A DNA stretch of 32,000 nucleotides. It comes from Gammaproteobacteria bacterium. Lineage in GTDB: Bacteria > Pseudomonadota > Gammaproteobacteria > S012-40. The notes under the pieces were generated by a model. It was given only the letters and a program-made list of their open reading frames with translations. It searched no databases and had not been told where the DNA came from. Positions 27,043 through 32,000 of the stretch are shown here, one piece after another. Position 1 is the first letter of the stretch. Every line of letters starts with the position of its first letter. The position numbers and the translations under genes are program-made. The stretch is taken from contig JAOUMY010000003.1 of NCBI GenBank assembly GCA_029881255.1, positions 26,732 to 58,731 of the forward strand. Reading direction: 5' to 3'.

Positions 27043-28440
27043 ATGAGAACCGCCAATTTGAAAAATATAATCTATAAATTAGCTCTAACAACGAATTTAC
27101 TTTTCCTATTTTCGTGCGTAACAACACCTGTGGAACACACATTAGTACCGGAAGGACACGAAAAGTCTGGACTACTTGTTGGCGAGATAATTTCAACCAG
27201 TATTCCAAATTTTAAATACGCAAGTGTCGTTATCGACGGTGTAGAACGAGGAAATTCTCGATTCGGCGGAAAAATAAAATTTTTACATTCACCTGGAAAT
27301 CATACGATAAATTCTGTAAACGTTCCTATACCCGGAACCAACTTATATAATCGCTACCCCATTAATCTAGCATTCACTATTAACTCCAAAAGAGTCACCA
27401 ATTTCGGATTGCTAAATATTGAAATACAAAGCAAAACTAATCAGTTTTTTATTTGGTATTTGGACAACAATGAAGAAATGAAATATTTTCTTAACAACGC
27501 CTACCCAAATGAATCGACAAAGATTAACTTGACCGAAATATCTCTGATTCCGAACAAGTACGTTAAAGGAAATAAGATAAATAATATTCGTAATCATATC
27601 ACCCGCAATACGCTAATTTCTCGTATGGATGACAAAACTAGACCGCTAAACGTCAAAGGATATGTACTAGGCCCTATCGGAAGCATTGCGAGATATGATT
27701 TATCCAACAAGAACTCTCCTTTGGAAACCCCTATTGACATAGATACGACGCTTGATATGAGCAATTGCAAGTCGCATGAAAAAATTGTCGCATGTCTATT
27801 CCCCCCGAGTAAACTATTCGTCGTAGATGGAAAAAAGGCATACAAACGCAGTTTGCCTGACGGCATAGTAGCCGACACTATCCGGATTCTAGACAAACAA
27901 AAATTAATGCTCATCGATAAAGCTGGGTCTATATTTGTTTCCCGAAACGCCGGTGTTTCCTGGACTACGGCACATAAAAGTACGGTAAGTCGCCAGCCTC
28001 AGTTCGCGGCGAACGAGTATCTTAACAACTATGGCTCTGAATCCTATGGTGTATATCTCGGTCCCGACAAATATTACGTTTACGCAAATTCGCGTGAAAA
28101 AAGCGGAAATTTCGGCATTTGGGAAAGTGACAGCAAATTGAAATCTTTTTCGGCTATTTCGCTACCGGAATCTATACGTGATATACCAAGTATTTTGGAG
28201 TCTAACGACACCCTTGTAATCAGCCCACGTATTGAGAATCTCTTTAACGAGGAATTCTACATACGCACTAGCGACGGAAAAACTTGGCGAACTGTCGATA
28301 CGCCTGGAAGACGGTGTGGCGCCCTGAAAGTTAGCGAAAGTGACCCGAATACCATGAGCCTGATTTGTTCCGGTAGAACATGGAAAACAACAGACGGCGC
28401 CAAAACCTGGAAGGCAAGCAACAAGTTGGATAAAGGCTAA
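27043..28440 (+). CDS. Lipoprotein with a very AT-rich N-terminal half and a BNR/Asp-box (beta-propeller-like) C-terminal half
   Basis: Lipobox LLFLFSC|VTTP. Asp-box-like motifs SRNAGVSWTT, TSDGKTWRTV and TTDGAKTWKA. The N-terminal ~200 aa are N/K/I-rich. No convincing SD before the ATG. Confidence 0.7.
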   Translation: MRTANLKNIIYKLALTTNLLFLFSCVTTPVEHTLVPEGHEKSGLLVGEIISTSIPNFKYASVVIDGVERGNSRFGGKIKFLHSPGNHTINSVNVPIPGTNLYNRYPINLAFTINSKRVTNFGLLNIEIQSKTNQFFIWYLDNNEEMKYFLNNAYPNESTKINLTEISLIPNKYVKGNKINNIRNHITRNTLISRMDDKTRPLNVKGYVLGPIGSIARYDLSNKNSPLETPIDIDTTLDMSNCKSHEKIVACLFPPSKLFVVDGKKAYKRSLPDGIVADTIRILDKQKLMLIDKAGSIFVSRNAGVSWTTAHKSTVSRQPQFAANEYLNNYGSESYGVYLGPDKYYVYANSREKSGNFGIWESDSKLKSFSAISLPESIRDIPSILESNDTLVISPRIENLFNEEFYIRTSDGKTWRTVDTPGRRCGALKVSESDPNTMSLICSGRTWKTTDGAKTWKASNKLDKG

Positions 28441-28480
28441 GCCTTGTAAGCAAACGTCAAATCATCATGAGAAGAAGTCG

Positions 28481-29107
28481 ATGACAAAAACATACAAACT
28501 GCTACTACTAAGTGTTTTTTTATTCCCATTTAACCAGACACAAGCAAGCAGCCTTGATCTCAGCGGTTACCTCAGCCTAGCACTTGGCCTTGGCGGAGAC
28601 AGATTGTTGGAAATCGGTTATACCGATGGGACGAAAGGAACAACTTACGCCGGAAATGGAGCTTCCGTTATAGTCGGCTCAACTCTTCGAAATAACTATT
28701 TTGAAACTAGAGCGGGAATCGGCTTTATGTCTGTTAGACAAACTGGCGACAATGGCGGCGCAGGGTTCAGGCGGTGGGTGGCAGAAGGAACCGGACTCAT
28801 TCGACTGGGCCGGGAAAAAAAGCATATGATTGGCGGTGGTGTGGTTTATCACATAAAACCCGTTCTAGAATGCGAATTCACTGGCCTGTGCCAAGACTAC
28901 ACGTATTTCAAAAATGCGCTCGGATACACTGTCGAATACAACTATGTATTCGACGGTGGCAATCCAAATTACATGGATACCTATGCAATCGCCTTGCTGT
29001 TTTTTACGCGTGTACAAATCGTCAAGTACCAGATTAATGATTCCACGAGCAACTATACCGCTGATGGCAGCGGTATAAGTATGGGCGTGGCAGTTACGTG
29101 GTATTGA
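28481..29107 (+). CDS. Small outer-membrane beta-barrel protein candidate
   Basis: Signal peptide MTKTYKLLLLSVFLFPFNQTQA|SS. Alternating hydrophobic/glycine-rich strands. C-terminus ends GVAVTWY (aromatic terminal residue). It starts 40 nt after the preceding gene, so it is probably co-transcribed. Confidence 0.55.
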   Translation: MTKTYKLLLLSVFLFPFNQTQASSLDLSGYLSLALGLGGDRLLEIGYTDGTKGTTYAGNGASVIVGSTLRNNYFETRAGIGFMSVRQTGDNGGAGFRRWVAEGTGLIRLGREKKHMIGGGVVYHIKPVLECEFTGLCQDYTYFKNALGYTVEYNYVFDGGNPNYMDTYAIALLFFTRVQIVKYQINDSTSNYTADGSGISMGVAVTWY

Positions 29108-29121
29108 TGAGAGAGTATACG

Positions 29122-29322
29122 TCACCTAAACGTCTTTAGTCCTAAGGCCAATATGATCTTTAGGTCACAAAGACTCATCATACTCGTGTCGCGACAAGTC
29201 GCCGTAAGCTGATCGGCTACGCCATTAAAAGCGTTAAAAGCCTCTTGCAGCTCTTTGGGATTTGGCTTGCCTGGTTTGGTCTTGGCCAAGAAATGTGCTC
29301 CGCTGGTTCCGTCTGTTTGCAT
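29122..29322 (-). pseudogene. Orphan 5' fragment of flrB (42 homologous codons plus 24 unrelated codons, then stop)
   Basis: MQTDGTSGAHFLAKTKPGKPNPKELQEAFNAFNGVADQLTAT matches FlrB residues 1-42 with 2 substitutions (II to TS). Homology ends at about 29196 and the frame runs on to a stop at 29122. Confidence 0.85.
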
Positions 29323-29448
29323 AACGGAATGCTTTGAGCAAGAAGCATGCCCCAGAATTGGGCATTGAAATCAGCGACTTAAAAAGCCTAAATCAGACCC
29401 CGTCAAGGGTTCGACACTTTTTTGCCGCCGATTCGGGGATTCCATACA
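29196..29448 (-). repeat. Direct repeat copy B (flrB' fragment plus upstream region)
   Basis: See copy A. Copy B ends exactly at the stem-loop that overlaps the leuA stop codon. Confidence 0.9.
29337..29352 (-). promoter_or_regulatory. Sigma-54 promoter copy B (orphan duplicate of the flrB promoter)
   Basis: Its GGGCATgcttcTTGCT is identical to copy A. The 30 nt upstream of the ATG are 100% identical in the two copies. Confidence 0.6.
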
Positions 29449-29469
29449 CCGGCTGACAAACTCAGCCGG
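29449..29469 (-). terminator. Stem-loop overlapping the leuA stop codon (weak terminator candidate)
   Basis: CCGGCTGA-CAAAC-TCAGCCGG, a perfect 8-bp stem. On the minus strand it is followed by TGTATGG, which is a poor T-tract. Confidence 0.35.
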
Positions 29470-31180
29470 TAATAGTACTCAACTGCGGTTTGTTTGCAGA
29501 CTTAGCAGCAATGCGCACATCCACCCCGGCGCGTATAAAGTGACGATTGATCGCCGACAACAAGGCCTTCAACGATGCACTAATCGTGTCCTGATCAAAG
29601 GCCACGCCGATGATGCGTTGGCCATCGATATTGGCGTGCACATAGGCGACCGCGACTGCATCGGTGCCCTCTTCCATCGCATGTTCGCTATAGTCAACGA
29701 TACTGATTTGTTGCCCGCAATGTTGTTGCCAGGCATCGACGAAGGCGGCCATGGTGCCCTCACCTTCACCGTGCATGGTGTGCTCACCCTGTTGATTACT
29801 AATCCGCGCTTCAATCACGTCTCGACCGTTCTTGTCGATGTGGAAGCCGTGCAAACTCAACGGCGACTGATCGTGTACATAGTGTTCGCGAAAGATTTCA
29901 TAGATCTGTGCGCTATCGACTTCGCCGCTTTGCGTCTCACTGACTTTCTGAACATGGGTCGCCAGCTCGGTCTGTACCCAACGGGGCAATTGCAAACCAA
30001 AATCACGCTCCATGACGAAGGCAACGCCGCCCTTACCCGATTGGCTATTGACGCGTATCACAGCCTGGTAGTCGCGCCCCAAGTCTTTGGGGTCGATAGG
30101 CAGATAGGCCACCTGCCAATGCTCGTCGTCTCTTTGTTTGTGCAGACATTTGCGTATCGCGTCCTGATGACTGCCGGAAAACGCGGTATATACCAGCTCG
30201 CCTATCCACGGGTGACGCGGATTTAAAGGGATATTGGTGCACTCGGTAACGACGTGGATAATCTCGTCCGGGTTAGACAAATCCAGTTGCGGATCAATAC
30301 CCTGGCTATACAGATTCATGGCCATGGTGACCACGTCCATATTGCCGGTACGCTCGCCATTACCCAATAAAGTCCCTTCGACACGATCGGCACCGGCCAT
30401 GATCGCCAGCTCGGCAGAGGCCACCGCACAACCTCTATCGTTATGGGTGTGTACCGAAAGCACGATGCTGTCGCGACGCTTCACGCGCGTAGCAAAATAT
30501 TCGACCTGGTCGGCAAACACATTCGGCGTGGCGACTTCGACGGTAGACGGCAGATTGATGATGCATTTGTGTTGCGGCGTCGGTTGCCACACATCGGTGA
30601 CCGCGTCGCAGACTTCCACGGCGTAATCCATCTCGGTACTGGTAAAACTCTCGGGGGAATATTCAAAGGTCCAATCCACATTCGGATATTTTTTCGCTTC
30701 GTCTTGTACCCACGTTGCGCCATTCACTGCAATCGCCTTTATGCCCTCGCGGTCCATTCCGAAAACACGCTCGCGTTGAATCGTAGAGGTGGAGTTATAC
30801 ACGTGCACAATAGCGCGCTTGATACCGATCAGCGATTCAAACGTACGCTGAATGAGAGCCTCACGCGCCTGCACCAATACCTGTACCGTGACGTCATCGG
30901 GAATCTGGTTTTCCTCAATCAGCCAGCGCACAAAATCATAATCGTGCTGACTGGCCGACGGGAAACCTACCTCGATTTGTTTAAAACCCAGCTTGACCAA
31001 CAAGGCCCACAGGCGGCGCTTCTGTGTTACCGTCATCGGTTCGAGTAGGGCCTGGTTACCATCGCGTAAATCCACGCTGGCCCACACCGGTGCCTGCTCG
31101 ATGACTCGGGTCGGCCATTGCCGATTCGCCAGATTTACGCCCGTCGCCGGGCGGTATTTACTGTGATTAAACTGCTTCAT
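29462..31180 (-). CDS. leuA: 2-isopropylmalate synthase, long (LeuA type 2) form
   Basis: [13 protein letters not shown], the HTHNDRG metal-binding motif, and a C-terminal LeuA dimerisation/regulatory domain. I chose the start [11 protein letters not shown] (ATG at 31180, AAGGA 7 nt upstream) rather than the track start at 31225. Confidence 0.93.
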   Translation of the reverse strand: MKQFNHSKYRPATGVNLANRQWPTRVIEQAPVWASVDLRDGNQALLEPMTVTQKRRLWALLVKLGFKQIEVGFPSASQHDYDFVRWLIEENQIPDDVTVQVLVQAREALIQRTFESLIGIKRAIVHVYNSTSTIQRERVFGMDREGIKAIAVNGATWVQDEAKKYPNVDWTFEYSPESFTSTEMDYAVEVCDAVTDVWQPTPQHKCIINLPSTVEVATPNVFADQVEYFATRVKRRDSIVLSVHTHNDRGCAVASAELAIMAGADRVEGTLLGNGERTGNMDVVTMAMNLYSQGIDPQLDLSNPDEIIHVVTECTNIPLNPRHPWIGELVYTAFSGSHQDAIRKCLHKQRDDEHWQVAYLPIDPKDLGRDYQAVIRVNSQSGKGGVAFVMERDFGLQLPRWVQTELATHVQKVSETQSGEVDSAQIYEIFREHYVHDQSPLSLHGFHIDKNGRDVIEARISNQQGEHTMHGEGEGTMAAFVDAWQQHCGQQISIVDYSEHAMEEGTDAVAVAYVHANIDGQRIIGVAFDQDTISASLKALLSAINRHFIRAGVDVRIAAKSANKPQLSTITG

Positions 31181-31405
31181 TGTGTATCCTTTTGCGCCAC
31201 TGGTTTGACCCACATCGATTTCCACCTCTGGTATCAGTTTCCATCTGGCAGTCCCGGTAAGGCCCGCTTTTCGGAGTCTTGGTCACGACTCAAGCCTGTT
31301 TAGCCGTCGTGTAGAAAGCATAGCCCAATCCCCGGGGCATTATCTTGCTATTTGTGCCCGATTTTCGCTCTTGATTAATAGATTATTGCCGATATTATTA
31401 TCACT

Positions 31406-31879
31406 ATGGCAGATAATTTCACTCCCGACCGCTATGACCGCGAGATCCTGGCCATCCTGCAGCAGGATGGACGGATTAGCAATCAAGACCTTGCGGACAA
31501 GATCGGCCTCTCTCCCTCGCCGGTATTGCGACGGGTTCGAGCATTGGAAGAGTCCGGCATCATTGCTGGTTATCGCGCGCTATGCGATGCCCGCAAACTC
31601 GGCCTGACCCTGACCGCCTTGATTCACATATCCATGGACAGACACACCCCTGAGCGCTTTGAAAACTTCGAACAAAAGATTAGCGAGTTGCCGGAGATCA
31701 TGGAGTGTTTGCTGATCACCGGCCAGAGCGCGGACTATCAATTAAAGGCAGTCGTGAAAGACATGGACGCGTATCAAGTTTTGTTGCTCAACAAAATTAC
31801 GCGCATCGAAGGCGTGACCGGGGTGCAGTCGAGTTTTGTGATGCGAAGAGTGGTGGATAGGACGAGTTTGGCTTTGTAG
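31406..31879 (+). CDS. Lrp/AsnC-family transcriptional regulator
   Basis: 157 aa. DREILAILQQDGRISNQDLADKIGLSPSPVLRRVRALEESGII is the AsnC-type HTH. The C-terminal RAM domain is LITGQSADYQLKAVVKDMDAYQ. It is divergent from leuA. Confidence 0.9.
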   Translation: MADNFTPDRYDREILAILQQDGRISNQDLADKIGLSPSPVLRRVRALEESGIIAGYRALCDARKLGLTLTALIHISMDRHTPERFENFEQKISELPEIMECLLITGQSADYQLKAVVKDMDAYQVLLLNKITRIEGVTGVQSSFVMRRVVDRTSLAL

Positions 31880-32000
31880 AAATTGAGCGATCGGGTTTGT
31901 GGTTGCGACATTTTTCCGGATCTGAAATGTTCGCTCTGGGTGTCAACTCAACCGTAGGAAGCTCTAGAGCGCACTTGGTACTATTGTTTGTTTTATCGCC

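Larger units (their letters stand above)
23362..29195. other. Putative horizontally acquired 5.8-kb insertion (three envelope-protein genes, no recognisable mobility genes)
   Basis: It is bounded by the 253-bp direct repeats and interrupts the leuA-flrB junction. Hand-counted 60-nt samples give GC of 15/60 (27061-27120) and 16/60 (27421-27480) inside. Flanking genes give 27/60 (22021-22080) and 35/60 (15061-15120). Confidence 0.7.

Noticed and set aside
31181-31225. N-terminal extensions offered by the ORF track for leuA (31225), argA (3390), the 4840 gene (5781) and the AstE-like gene (GTG 10413).
   Set aside because: Internal starts have better SD sequences, match the family N-termini I recall, or form ATGA overlaps. 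The argA extension would also begin inside a terminator hairpin.
31334-31349. GGGGCATTATCTTGCT upstream of the Lrp-family gene, resembling a sigma-54 -24/-12 element.
   Set aside because: With the natural GGCA register the GG-to-GC spacing is one nt short. Shifting the register spoils the -24 element (GGGCAT with the wrong following bases). An Lrp-family gene is also not an expected sigma-54 target.

Overview
This looks like a gammaproteobacterial chromosomal window with a polar-flagellum, sigma-54-type regulatory hierarchy. I cannot identify the species.

Left third (1-12.5 kb):
- A triad of two paralogous DUF5666-type repeat proteins flanking an HTH-like protein.
- argA, a membrane-anchored protein with an Ig-like C-terminus, and argG.
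- A small unknown protein convergent with a 4HB/HAMP/GGDEF diguanylate cyclase.
- A tightly packed minus-strand operon: secreted Sel1-repeat protein, GCS2-type carboxylate-amine ligase, AstE/AspA-type deacylase.

Middle (12.9-23.3 kb, all minus strand):
- flrB-flrC-fliE-fliF-fliG-fliH-fliI-fliJ are packed with gaps of -8 to 35 nt behind a sigma-54 promoter.
- fliK follows behind its own consensus sigma-54 promoter.

Right third:
- A 5.8-kb insertion carries three envelope genes: a 1095-aa lipoprotein with 8 PKD-like and 3 PPC-like domains, a BNR/Asp-box lipoprotein, and a small outer-membrane beta-barrel candidate.
- The insertion is bracketed by 253-bp direct repeats of about 93% identity. 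Each repeat holds the flrB sigma-54 promoter plus the first 42 flrB codons.
- Long-form leuA and a divergent Lrp/AsnC regulator follow.

I recognised no rRNA, tRNA, CRISPR array, transposase or integrase.

Most notable observations:
1. The repeat-bracketed insertion leaves an orphan but intact copy of the flrB promoter aimed antisense into the cargo genes.
2. FliI has an N-terminal extension of about 75 aa that triplicates the FliH-binding helix motif.
3. The substitution spectrum between the two repeat copies is odd.
4. Two uncharacterised gene modules stand out: DUF5666/HTH/DUF5666 and Sel1/GCS2/AstE-like.

All family assignments come from reading the translated ORFs by eye. No database search was run.
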